Notes: a model not told the origin generated them from the letters alone. Shown: positions 9,870-19,206, counted from the stretch's first letter. The stretch is 64,000 nucleotides of DNA from an uncultured Verrucomicrobiae bacterium (GCA_963735805.1 CAVTMK010000003.1:160001-224000); one strand, 5' to 3'. Translations and numbers: made by a program.

Positions 9870-10370
9870 ATGAATCCAACTTGGAAAAAAACCCAAATCG
9901 CAACAGCAGTCTATCTAGCCCCATTGCTCGTTGCCGCTCACCTCTTTGGATCGACTTTGCAGGAACAAAACAAGGCAATCGCCAAGCAGGCATTCGAGGA
10001 AATCCTCAGCCGTGGACGATTTGGACTCGCTGAACAACTTTATGCGAAGGATTTCGTCAATCACGGCATTCATTCCAACGCCACCTTAGAGGAAGACCAG
10101 ACAGCACTGAAAGGCTGGCATGCTGCATTTCCCGATGTTGTCGTCACTCCTGAAAAATTGATCGCGGAAGACGACCTGGTCACGATCTACTGGATCGCGC
10201 GCGGTACCAATACCGGGACAGGTAATGGCCTGCCCGCGACGGGCAAAAGGGCGGAACTGTCTGGGATTACGATTTGGCGGATCGTCGATGGCAAAATCAA
10301 AGAAGAATGGTCCGCCTTTGATCAACTTTCAATGATGCGACAGCTCGGATTACTCCCTGCCGACAAGTAA
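9870..10370 (+). CDS. SnoaL-like/ester cyclase (NTF2 fold) with putative signal peptide
   Basis: AFPD...LIAEDDLV...GTNTG...PATGK...GITIWRIVDGKIKEEW...DQLSMMRQLG. Confidence 0.85.
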   Translation: MNPTWKKTQIATAVYLAPLLVAAHLFGSTLQEQNKAIAKQAFEEILSRGRFGLAEQLYAKDFVNHGIHSNATLEEDQTALKGWHAAFPDVVVTPEKLIAEDDLVTIYWIARGTNTGTGNGLPATGKRAELSGITIWRIVDGKIKEEWSAFDQLSMMRQLGLLPADK

Positions 10371-10423
10371 CCGGTGCGAGCTAATGAGCTAGTGCAGCCA
10401 ACAGAAAAGAGGAAACAAGAATT

Positions 10424-11572
10424 ATGAACGATGAACCAAAATCAAAGCCCCGACGTAAGCGATGGAAGCGCATATTAAAATGGACTGCCAGCATTGTCGT
10501 GCTCGCTCTAATCCTTTGGGGATTTATTGCCTACTGGACTTCGAGTAACGATTGCGAGCGATACGCTTCAACCCCTGCCAATCCTATGAGAGCTATTGTG
10601 TATTGCGATTACGGTGTGCCAAATCTCAAATTACAGGAAATCGAAAAGCCCACCCCTGGAGACGATCAACTCCTGGTAAGAGTTCACGCGGCTTCAGTCA
10701 ATCCGCTCGACTGGCACTTCATTGAAGGCACGCCCTACATCATGCGCGTGATGGGCGTGGGCATGCGCAAACCAAAGGACACACGACTCGGCGTTGATTT
10801 TGCAGGTACCGTCGAAGCCGTCGGTAAGAACGTCACGAAATTCAAACCAGGTGACGAGGTATTCGGCGGTCGCACAGGAGCTTTCGCTGAGTATGTATGC
10901 GTCCGCGAGAGCCGAGCTGTAGCGTCGAAGCCAAACAGAATAACATTTGAGCAAGCGGCGTCAGTGCCTATTGCCGGAATCACAGCATTACAGGGCCTTC
11001 GCGACAAAGGAAAGGTCCAGCCGGGACAGAAGGTCTTGATCAATGGCGCGTCCGGAGGCGTGGGAACGTTTGCAGTGCAGATCGCAAAATCATGCGGGGC
11101 GGAAGTGACCGGTGTGTGCAGCACCAAAAATCTGGACATGGTTCGCTCCTTGGGCGCGGATCACGTCATCGATTACACTAAAGAGGATTTCACCAAGAGT
11201 GACCAACGTTACGACGTTATTCTGGACAACGTTGCCAACCATTCGCTATCGGATTGCAGGCGCGTCCTAAATCCCAATGGAAAATACGTCTTGATTGGAG
11301 GAGGCGGCGTAAACGAGAGCCGCTGGCTTGGGCCTGGCCTCACGCACGCATTCAAAGCGATGTTTTTATCCAAATTCGTCAGCCAGCAGATGGGAATGAT
11401 GCTGGCGGAACTAAACCAAAAGGACCTGACTTTTCTAGCGGATCTCATGCAGTCAGGCAAGATCACTCCCGTCATCGACAAACGTTACAAGTTAGAGGAA
11501 CTCCCCCAGGCCGTTGAATATCTCGAACAAGGCCACGCTCGTGGCAAAGTGGTAATAACTGCGGACCAATAA
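10424..11572 (+). CDS. NAD(P)-dependent MDR oxidoreductase with N-terminal TM anchor (paralog of 8749-9852)
   Basis: VHAASVNPLDW, GVDFAG, INGASGGVG, GHARGKV; shares near-identical DNA stretches with the first copy. Confidence 0.9.
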   Translation: MNDEPKSKPRRKRWKRILKWTASIVVLALILWGFIAYWTSSNDCERYASTPANPMRAIVYCDYGVPNLKLQEIEKPTPGDDQLLVRVHAASVNPLDWHFIEGTPYIMRVMGVGMRKPKDTRLGVDFAGTVEAVGKNVTKFKPGDEVFGGRTGAFAEYVCVRESRAVASKPNRITFEQAASVPIAGITALQGLRDKGKVQPGQKVLINGASGGVGTFAVQIAKSCGAEVTGVCSTKNLDMVRSLGADHVIDYTKEDFTKSDQRYDVILDNVANHSLSDCRRVLNPNGKYVLIGGGGVNESRWLGPGLTHAFKAMFLSKFVSQQMGMMLAELNQKDLTFLADLMQSGKITPVIDKRYKLEELPQAVEYLEQGHARGKVVITADQ

Positions 11573-11816
11573 TAAAAGCGATAACAACAAATGGGAGCTA
11601 TGCTTCGATCTAGCGAATGTTATAGCCGTATCGCTATGTGGAGGCGCTTTGGCGCTATGCATCAGGGAAATGAATCGGATGTTAAATCGAAGTTTGGGAG
11701 CGGCCTGCTCGTAACATGGTGAGATTAGCATTAAGGCATTGCCGCTTGCTCAATTTTTCGCCAAGGTACACTTTCGACGCCTGCAGATATAGTTGGGCGT
11801 CCCATTACAACCCAAT

Positions 11817-12277
11817 ATGAAAATGAAAGCTTGTCGGTTGGGGCTGATTTTTGCTGTGATATGTTACTCATCTCGAGGCGTCGAGGCGGGGGAAGAACCG
11901 CAGCAAAAGAAAGCAAAAACGTCGTACCTCGTAATCTACCGACCCGGTCCTGGATGGTTAGTTGGAAAATCAGTCTTGGAGCAACCACTTAAAGAGCATG
12001 GAAAGTACATGCTGAGTCTTTACATCAAAGGCTCGATGAAGCTGGCAGGCCCTCTCACTGATGACGCTGGCGGCGCCGTTTTATTAGTTGTGAGTGCGAA
12101 TCAGAAGCGAAGGCGATTGTAGCCGAAGACCCAGCTGTAAAATCTGGTATCTTCACGTATGAAATGCACCCGTGGGAATTACAACCATGGGATGAGTTCG
12201 CCAAGAGAGCCAAACTTCCGCTAAACCAGTCGGATCTGCAGAACACAACCCCGCCGGCGCTCGTTGATAGCCGTTGA
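11817..12277 (+). pseudogene. YciI-like protein with signal peptide, interrupted by a 1-nt frameshift near 12095-12098
   Basis: First frame ...EHGKYM...LAGPLTDDAGGAVLL; shifted frame continues ESEAKAIVAEDPAVKSGIFTYEMHPW (typical YciI C-terminus) to TGA at 12277. Confidence 0.75.
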
Positions 12278-12327
12278 GTCGCGCCACACCTTGGGCCCTA
12301 GCCGGTCGGCAGACCTAACGTTAAAAT
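12219..12327 (+). other. Eroded attC-like integron cassette spacer
   Basis: Starts CGCTAAACCAGTCGG..CTGCAG..ACAAC and ends GTCGGCAGACCTAACGTTAAAAT just before the next gene; both R boxes deviate from RYYYAAC/GTTRRRY. Confidence 0.35.
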
Positions 12328-12332
12328 CATTC

Positions 12333-12962
12333 GTGAGCAAATCGGGAAATCAGTTTGTAGCCTTCAAAGGGCGAGGCACCTTTGATCCGCATCGATTAAA
12401 GACCCGAATAATCAATTCTCTCATTTGCCACCTGCTTTGCGGAGTCGCTTTTGTCTCTTCACCTGCTTTAGGTCAGTCGACCGAAACCACCGTTATTCCG
12501 GAAATAGCTCGCCTTGCCAAAGCGCTCGGTGGGGATTGGAACACTATTGAAATCGTGCAGCACGGTAAACCTGTCCCGGATGGTACGGGCCGCCGCGGAA
12601 CGGTACACGTTCGGCTCGCTGGCGGTGGGACGGTGCTTGTGTCCGAGGGGCATTCTGCTGGGACTGTCGGAGGCGACCTCCAGTGGTTTATCACGATCTG
12701 GTGGAATCCCAACGGCAAGTGCTATCGCTTCCTGACCTGTTTCAGAACGCCAACTGATGCCGGATGTGAGCTGCGTGGCACCGCTCACTGGGATGGAGAT
12801 ACATTCGTAAACGAGTACGAGGAGGTTATCAACGGCAAACGGACAAAGCTGCGAGATCTCTGGACAGACATTACGCCCAAATCGCATACATTGACTGAAT
12901 CACACGACATCGGCAACGGCGTGATGAAACCGTATGTCATCTCCCATAACACGCGACAGTAA
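12333..12962 (+). CDS. Hypothetical exported beta-barrel protein (DUF1579-like)
   Basis: Signal-like segment IINSLICHLLCGVAFVSSPALG; LGGDW, GGGTVLVSE, ITIWWN, GTAHWDG strands; start uncertain (GTG 12333). Confidence 0.55.
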   Translation: MSKSGNQFVAFKGRGTFDPHRLKTRIINSLICHLLCGVAFVSSPALGQSTETTVIPEIARLAKALGGDWNTIEIVQHGKPVPDGTGRRGTVHVRLAGGGTVLVSEGHSAGTVGGDLQWFITIWWNPNGKCYRFLTCFRTPTDAGCELRGTAHWDGDTFVNEYEEVINGKRTKLRDLWTDITPKSHTLTESHDIGNGVMKPYVISHNTRQ

Positions 12963-13056
12963 ATCAGTCTCGAGTAGTTAGATGAGGGTTGAGAGTTGAC
13001 AAAACCCACTAAGATTTACATCCTTCAGCGGCTCGGCTCTATTCATTAAGTGACCG

Positions 13057-13770
13057 ATGAACAAACTATCACTTGCGTTCGTTGCGATAAACTTGACATC
13101 GTTCGCATTGAAGGCCGCGCAGCCAGAGATCAATCCCTCGCACATAGATGTCTATGTCACACCCTACTACGATTCGAAGGGTCCAGTAGTTAAGGTCGGG
13201 CGGTTTAGTTCGGGTCTGGCCTCGACTAAGGAGGATGATTTTCTCGCTACCATCGCTGAGATGAAGAGAGATTGGGACCGGCTGACGTTCCCGGAGCTCT
13301 ATGTCGCTGCGATCCGGCTATACGATCTGGGTTATCGAAAAGAAGCGGTTTACTGGTTTTATTCTGCTCAGTATAGAGGTCGCCAGTTTGGCGTCCTTTT
13401 GGATCAGACCAAGATGGGAAGCATCGGTAGCCCAGGATTTGAGCTGTTGCATGCCCAGAACGCCTTCTATCAGCTCGTGGGGCCGTACATTAATGGTTAC
13501 GCTTTCGGAGATACCGATGGACTCGTGAAGATTGTGGAAAGAGTCCAGAAAGAAGGCCGCCGCATACCAGATTTTCAAGCCGCCTATTCGGGCGTCACAT
13601 TCATAGGCAAAAACGAGTGGCCGTCCGCTAACGGCAATCTCGCTGATGGAATGAATCAGCTGACATCGACGTTGAAAGACAAGAAGGACGACATAAAACG
13701 CCAGCGCAGCGAGCGGGGAATGGAGGAGAAGTTTTCGAAGCTAACGAGTAAGGAGCTACCGAGTCACTAG
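13057..13770 (+). CDS. Hypothetical exported protein
   Basis: 237-aa ORF with N-terminal signal peptide; helical (RLYDLGYRKEAVYWFYSAQYR). Confidence 0.7.
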   Translation: MNKLSLAFVAINLTSFALKAAQPEINPSHIDVYVTPYYDSKGPVVKVGRFSSGLASTKEDDFLATIAEMKRDWDRLTFPELYVAAIRLYDLGYRKEAVYWFYSAQYRGRQFGVLLDQTKMGSIGSPGFELLHAQNAFYQLVGPYINGYAFGDTDGLVKIVERVQKEGRRIPDFQAAYSGVTFIGKNEWPSANGNLADGMNQLTSTLKDKKDDIKRQRSERGMEEKFSKLTSKELPSH

Positions 13771-13776
13771 AACCAA

Positions 13777-14574
13777 ATGCCTAACCCAGCAGAAGGGTAT
13801 GAAAGTTACATGGTCCCCACCCTCTTTGGGCCCTGCGCTAAGAATCTGATTCAGGTTGCGGACCCGAAACCCGGCGAGCGCATTCTGGATGTTGGCTGCG
13901 GAACAGGAATCGTCGCTCGACAGGTAGCCGAGCGGCTTCGTTCAAGGGGGATGGTGACGGGCCTGGATCTCAGTCCAAACATGCTGGCCGTTGCCAGGAC
14001 AGCTGCGACCCGCGAAGGACTGGCCATCGAATGGCGCGAAGGGCACGCTGAACAACTCCCTTTTTCCGACAACAGCTTTGATCTCATACTATGCCAGTTC
14101 GCGTTAATGTTCGTTCCTAACAAGGCAGGCGCTCTTGCCGAAATGCGCCGAGTCGTGGCTGAAAATGGTCGCGTTCTGATTAGCGTCTGGCAAAGCCTCG
14201 TTCGGCATCCGTTTTACCGAACTTTGCACGAGATCATTCAGCAACGGATGGGAATGTCGACTCTCCAGGACATCTTTGCGCTGGGTGACGTAGACGAACT
14301 CCGCGCGCTGGCGGTTGAAGCCGGATTTTGGCGAGTAGAGATAGAGCCTTTTTCCTTGACGGCGCGTTTTCCAAATCCCGATGCTTTCATAGCTGGAGAA
14401 ATCGAAGTTGACACCGCGGCGATTCCTTCGATGCAACACCTGAACGCTCCAGATCGGGAAGCAATCGTTGCAGAGATAGCTGCGGACATGCAATTGCCTC
14501 TCAGAAAGGTGACCTACGATAATCATGTCGCGCTAGTGTTTCACGGACACATTATGAGTGCATGGCCGCGTTGA
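13777..14574 (+). CDS. Class I SAM-dependent methyltransferase (UbiE-like)
   Basis: ILDVGCGTG, GLDLSPNML, LPFSDNSFD, ALAEMRRV. Confidence 0.9.
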   Translation: MPNPAEGYESYMVPTLFGPCAKNLIQVADPKPGERILDVGCGTGIVARQVAERLRSRGMVTGLDLSPNMLAVARTAATREGLAIEWREGHAEQLPFSDNSFDLILCQFALMFVPNKAGALAEMRRVVAENGRVLISVWQSLVRHPFYRTLHEIIQQRMGMSTLQDIFALGDVDELRALAVEAGFWRVEIEPFSLTARFPNPDAFIAGEIEVDTAAIPSMQHLNAPDREAIVAEIAADMQLPLRKVTYDNHVALVFHGHIMSAWPR

Positions 14575-14626
14575 CGCCGGTTGGCTCCGATAAGGAATGC
14601 TTTGATCTGCCGCTGATGACTGGTTT

Positions 14627-15448
14627 ATGGACTTGGCGCTTGTAACGCGATTCGTCGTCACATGCGGCCTCGCGATGCTCCTGCGATGTCTGACGTCTGC
14701 CAAACGTATCCCCCCGGCGCAAGTTGAGCCTGTCACTCATGAGGGCATTCGCTATGTCGCACCGAATGACGGTGGTCGCCGAGCTTACATCGAAGCGTGG
14801 GATGTCCAGACTAATGAGAAGCTTTGGGATTTGACGGTATTTACAAATCCTATCGATTCAAAGATGGAAGAGGATGTTCAGTGGGTTTTCATTAACGAGC
14901 TGAATGTTCGCGATGGTACGCTCATTGTGACATCTGAGCGTGGCAACACATACCGGGTTGATCTTCATACGAGAGTGGTAAAGCGATCTGATCCTGCATC
15001 GTTGCAAGCTGCGATTACACCCTCCCCGCCCAACGACATTCCAGAGTCGATCAAGAGAGCCATCGCCAAAGAGCCTCTTGCGAGAGACTACGAGGTCTCG
15101 TTTCGAGTGAAACCATTCTATCTTTCCGGAGACTTCAATGGAGACGGCAAAATTGATGTAGCTGTTCTAGTAAAGCAACGCTCGACCGGAAAGCTTGGGA
15201 TTGCGATCGTTCATGGTAAGACCGACAAGGTAATAATTCTCGGCGCACGGACGACCATCGGTAATGGCGGTGACGACTTCGATTGGATGGACTCGTGGGA
15301 GGTTTACTCCAGGAACCGCGGCGACCACCGCGGCCCAAGTGGCCCGAAACTTCTTGCCGACTCGTTTTTTGTAAGCAAGAGCGAGGCAGGCAGCGCACTG
15401 ATCTACTGGAACGGCGAACGTTACGTCTGGTTGCAGCGGGGCGACTAA
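14627..15448 (+). CDS. Hypothetical exported two-domain protein, C-terminal FG-GAP-like (GDFNGDG) domain
   Basis: Signal-like N-terminus; Pro-rich junction; GDFNGDGKIDVAVLV motif. Confidence 0.65.
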   Translation: MDLALVTRFVVTCGLAMLLRCLTSAKRIPPAQVEPVTHEGIRYVAPNDGGRRAYIEAWDVQTNEKLWDLTVFTNPIDSKMEEDVQWVFINELNVRDGTLIVTSERGNTYRVDLHTRVVKRSDPASLQAAITPSPPNDIPESIKRAIAKEPLARDYEVSFRVKPFYLSGDFNGDGKIDVAVLVKQRSTGKLGIAIVHGKTDKVIILGARTTIGNGGDDFDWMDSWEVYSRNRGDHRGPSGPKLLADSFFVSKSEAGSALIYWNGERYVWLQRGD

Positions 15449-15523
15449 TGATGGCCCCGTCATGAAGCGCTGGTTATAGGGTCGCCCATATCCAACGTGA
15501 CGTTCTCGTAAACTTATGACAAA

Positions 15524-15871
15524 ATGGCTACCAACATGATTCGTTGTGTTCACCTCAAGACCGGGACCGACGGCCGTTCACATGTCGACTACCTGACGAT
15601 TCCGCTTGGCACCATTCAGCAAGCAACCGCAGTCCATTTCCAGGAGACAGCAGCTGGTTCGTCTCTCGATTGGCATACCGCGCCGCACGTGCAGTACGTG
15701 ATCACCCTTTCGGGCACCCTCGAATTCACGACTCGCGACGGCGAGACATTTGTGTTGCGTCCGGGCGACGTGTTACTTGCTGCTGATACAACAGGCACGG
15801 GCCATCGGTGGCGACTCATCGATGACCAACCCTGGCGGCGTCTTTACGTTGAACTTCGTCTGCCCACTTAA
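15524..15871 (+). CDS. Cupin domain protein
   Basis: WHTAPHVQYVITLSGTLEF...LRPGDVLLAADTTGTGH. Confidence 0.85.
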   Translation: MATNMIRCVHLKTGTDGRSHVDYLTIPLGTIQQATAVHFQETAAGSSLDWHTAPHVQYVITLSGTLEFTTRDGETFVLRPGDVLLAADTTGTGHRWRLIDDQPWRRLYVELRLPT

Positions 15872-15965
15872 GGCAGCTATTGCGCTGGTTTGCTGGAATA
15901 GCAGGCGCTGAGTCTGGTTACAGCGCTGTTTCAAACACTTTGCCGCTCTCGCCGCGACGACCGGG

Positions 15966-17435
15966 TTATTCCAGGTTCAGGTTCTCCCAATGGATCTGAA
16001 TCGCGTTCCAAGCTGTTCCACAAGAATCCAATTCGTCGTATTGATAGTTAAAAGCCACATTCCCCGACGCATCGAGACCAACGATGCCCGTATAAATAAA
16101 TGGGCCGCCAAGTGTGTAATCGATGAGATAATTATCCGGCGCATCTTCATAAACACTACTACAGAAAGGGCTATAGACGCTCGGATCGGGATAATAATGC
16201 CACGTCTCAGTCGCCTCAAAGGCACCGGGATCGATGTGATATTTTCGAGGCGCACTGTAGGTCCGTGTTTCTCCCGGCGGTTGCTGGAAATTGCTGCCGG
16301 CTCCATCATCGAAAAGGAGCAATTGATCGCCCGGCATGGACACAGCGTGCTGTCCAATTGGCGGCAACGTATCCGGGCCCAGGGTAAGAGAGAATGCACG
16401 CAGCGACGGGAACTCATACCAGTGCTTAGTCGGATCGCCCAAAATCCACTTAATGGTTCCAGAGTCGTAATCAAGCGCGATAACAAAGTTTTCCCTGCTG
16501 GAAACAATGAGGGAGTTATCAGAGCTACGGTAGGCTGTAGCGTTGTTGTGAAACCAATCGTTAGGCGCTGGAAAGACAAATAGGCTTGGATCGTCTCCAC
16601 CGGCAATCATCGCTGCACTGATGATGTCCGCCAGGTTCCACGTCCGGAGCACATTGCCGGAGGCGTCGACCTCCAGATTGACGCTCTCAGTCCGGTCGAC
16701 GGTATCGACGTCCAGGATCATTCCCTCCCGCCCCGGATCAATATTGTGATGGAAGCCGGTAACACCAATCCCGCTGTAATCGGCCACGGGCGTGGTCACG
16801 CCATCAAACTCAGTGCGAAGAAGCGAGGTACCGGACGTAACGAAGAACGCATTGTCAAAAAGAATGCAGTTCTGCGCTCCAACTCCCGCTGTGCCGACCC
16901 AGCGGATTTCGGCGTCTGTATCGATAATGATGGGCGTGGTAGGATCGGCATAGTTCTTCAGGAGGATGAAATCATAGCTCAGGCTAGTGCCTGGTAGCCG
17001 CGCCTGAACGACTGTTGGATTGGAGTACGTGCCTCCGTCGTACGCAGGCGTCGTGATCTTGACGCCGAATCTTTTGCTGTATTCAAATCGGCCGTTGAAG
17101 CCGAGGTTCACAATAACGGGGTTTGTGCGACCGGCGTAGAGACCGAAGACAGGGATGGTGAGGTTGCCATTATTGCGATCGAAATAACCCCGCGCTTCCA
17201 AATACGCTCGCGCATAACGAACCTTGATTGGCCGCGTGATTGATCCGGTTTTTGGCTGAATCTGGAACTGGGCGGACTTGAAGTTGGCGACATCAGTAAC
17301 GCGGGTATTCACAAAATGGATGAATGGCGTTGAACCCTCGAAGACCTCAATCTTCCCAGCGATCTGCCCAGCCTTGACTCCAATGGCGAGCACGCACAGG
17401 AGCGCGACGGAGAGAGTAATCAATCGCGCGTTCAT
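15966..17435 (-). CDS. Aryl-sulfate sulfotransferase (ASST) family, exported
   Basis: Signal peptide; PVFGLYAG, FHHN, DWFHNNA, IVSSREN, GQHA...LLLFDDG motifs. Confidence 0.8.
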   Translation of the reverse strand: MNARLITLSVALLCVLAIGVKAGQIAGKIEVFEGSTPFIHFVNTRVTDVANFKSAQFQIQPKTGSITRPIKVRYARAYLEARGYFDRNNGNLTIPVFGLYAGRTNPVIVNLGFNGRFEYSKRFGVKITTPAYDGGTYSNPTVVQARLPGTSLSYDFILLKNYADPTTPIIIDTDAEIRWVGTAGVGAQNCILFDNAFFVTSGTSLLRTEFDGVTTPVADYSGIGVTGFHHNIDPGREGMILDVDTVDRTESVNLEVDASGNVLRTWNLADIISAAMIAGGDDPSLFVFPAPNDWFHNNATAYRSSDNSLIVSSRENFVIALDYDSGTIKWILGDPTKHWYEFPSLRAFSLTLGPDTLPPIGQHAVSMPGDQLLLFDDGAGSNFQQPPGETRTYSAPRKYHIDPGAFEATETWHYYPDPSVYSPFCSSVYEDAPDNYLIDYTLGGPFIYTGIVGLDASGNVAFNYQYDELDSCGTAWNAIQIHWENLNLE

Positions 17436-17540
17436 GCGGGCCTTTTGTCGGTCGGCACGAGGAAAGTCAAACCAATTCGGCAATGCGACGTCCGGTCACA
17501 AAAGGATGGCTAAGCAGCTAGCGTCGAGTTTCTGGGCAAC

Positions 17541-19049
17541 TCAATGCACAATCAAAACGTAACCTGTCTCCTGTCCGTTCTTTCTCTCACTCGATTTCAA
17601 TTGAGAAACAGTAGCTCCTCGAAGCCGGGGCATAAGATCTGCGGCTTTCTCTGTGGAAGCTACAAGTGCATCGACATTTCCAGCCTTCCATTCGGTGACG
17701 GCGCGATCCGGTTCGATGTAGCGCATTTTCTGCAAGTAAAGCAGCAGTCCTTCGTCTTTCGTAGAAACGACTTCGTAACGCAAGTGATGCGCCCTTGCCT
17801 CACCCCGAACGTTGCGTCCGAAGATAGCTAGCGCATCACGATGATCCCGATATCCGGTGATTGCCTTCCAGGTTGCATAGCCACCAGTAAAGAAGATTGC
17901 GAATATCACCGCAATAAACAGGTAACGACGGCGCAGCGTACCCACTTCTCCAGAAGTTTGTGCTGCCAGCAGCAAACAAAGCGGTGGAATTACCGGAAAG
18001 ATTCTATCGACGCGCTTTGATGGAATCAATGACATCACGATCAAGCCGCCGACGCTCCAGCAAAGCAGCCAGAAAGTCTCAGGCGACATTTCCCGAAGTG
18101 CGGCGCCGATCCTCCATCGACGCGCCGTAAGATAAAAGACGCATATTGCGAGCAACAGGAAGCTCCAAGGGGCAAATTTATGGACCAGATGCGGCAAATA
18201 AAAATAAAGCGGCTGCGGTCGATGAATGGTCTCGCCAAAACGGCCCAAAAATTCGCGCATGACCACTTCATCGAAGAAGGCCGGTTGAAACAGGATGCCG
18301 CCGCCGACCCATAACAAGAAGACGGCTAGTGAAGCGATCCATGGCCACCACCCAGGCCACGCACTCGCACTCGTTTGCAATCGCCCACGCCGACCGGGGT
18401 CAGGGATCCCCGCTACAACTCGGGTGTGACGCCAGGCGAGTCGCCTCTGCCACCACTCAAACGCTGCAATCCCCGGAAGTAGAAACGCGTAAACGATCGG
18501 ACCTTTGATCAGCATTGCGACCGCGAGCAGTGCGAAGAGGTAAATTCGATCTTGCGATGTCCAGTGCTCGCGCCTTTGGATTTTTTCCCAAATCAGCAGT
18601 CCAATGAGAAAAATTACCAATGCCAGCGGCATGTCTGTGCGCACGAGTGTCGCCAGGCGCGGAGTCAACAAATTTAATCCAAACGAACTTAACGCAACGA
18701 GACCGGCGATTGATCCGTAAGCGGAGCTAGCCGCTCGAAATAACAAGACCGCTAGGGCAATCGCGGCCAGGAGCGATGGCAGCCGCCAGGCCAGTTCCCA
18801 TGATCGGGTTAGTGCGAACAGACCTGCCGAGATCCACCCTACCAACGGTGGCTTGGTGGCCACGTGTTCATGCGGCGTCCGCTGATAAAACCAGTGGCCT
18901 TCCTTAACCATCTCGAAGGAAGTGAATGCTTGCTTCGCCTGATCGTAGTCATCGAGCTGCCACGGCAAATTGCCGAGGAGAAACAAAAGAAAGATTATGG
19001 CAGCAACGACCCAGATGGTGCGCTGGTCTTCGAGCAGGTTTGCTGTCAT
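17541..19049 (-). CDS. ArnT/PMT-like (GT39/83) polytopic membrane glycosyltransferase
   Basis: DDYDQAK, TKPPLVGW, WRLPS, RTDMPL, LIKGP, SKRVDRIFP; many TMs. Confidence 0.82.
   Translation of the reverse strand: MTANLLEDQRTIWVVAAIIFLLFLLGNLPWQLDDYDQAKQAFTSFEMVKEGHWFYQRTPHEHVATKPPLVGWISAGLFALTRSWELAWRLPSLLAAIALAVLLFRAASSAYGSIAGLVALSSFGLNLLTPRLATLVRTDMPLALVIFLIGLLIWEKIQRREHWTSQDRIYLFALLAVAMLIKGPIVYAFLLPGIAAFEWWQRRLAWRHTRVVAGIPDPGRRGRLQTSASAWPGWWPWIASLAVFLLWVGGGILFQPAFFDEVVMREFLGRFGETIHRPQPLYFYLPHLVHKFAPWSFLLLAICVFYLTARRWRIGAALREMSPETFWLLCWSVGGLIVMSLIPSKRVDRIFPVIPPLCLLLAAQTSGEVGTLRRRYLFIAVIFAIFFTGGYATWKAITGYRDHRDALAIFGRNVRGEARAHHLRYEVVSTKDEGLLLYLQKMRYIEPDRAVTEWKAGNVDALVASTEKAADLMPRLRGATVSQLKSSERKNGQETGYVLIVH
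18394..18419 (-). repeat. REP-like GTAG-hairpin element, family A copy 2, in frame within the arnT-like CDS
   Basis: Minus strand GTTGTAG-CGGGGATC-CCT-GACCCCGG, translated VVAGIPDPG. Confidence 0.65.
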
Positions 19050-19206
19050 ATCCAGCGGATCCGAGACATGAGCTTGAATCTCGAAGCACGAATGACAAAT
19101 AGCGAAACAATCTCAAAGCTCAAATGCCTCCACGGCCGGGTGATGGATCTCAGGATGCAGTAGCAGGCGTCGGCTATCATCGTTCTCTCCGGCCTTCGTC
19201 GCCGGT

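Noticed and set aside
12085..12105. Programmed ribosomal frameshift in the yciI-like gene
   Set aside because: No slippery X XXY YYZ site or obvious stimulatory structure; a simple indel is more parsimonious
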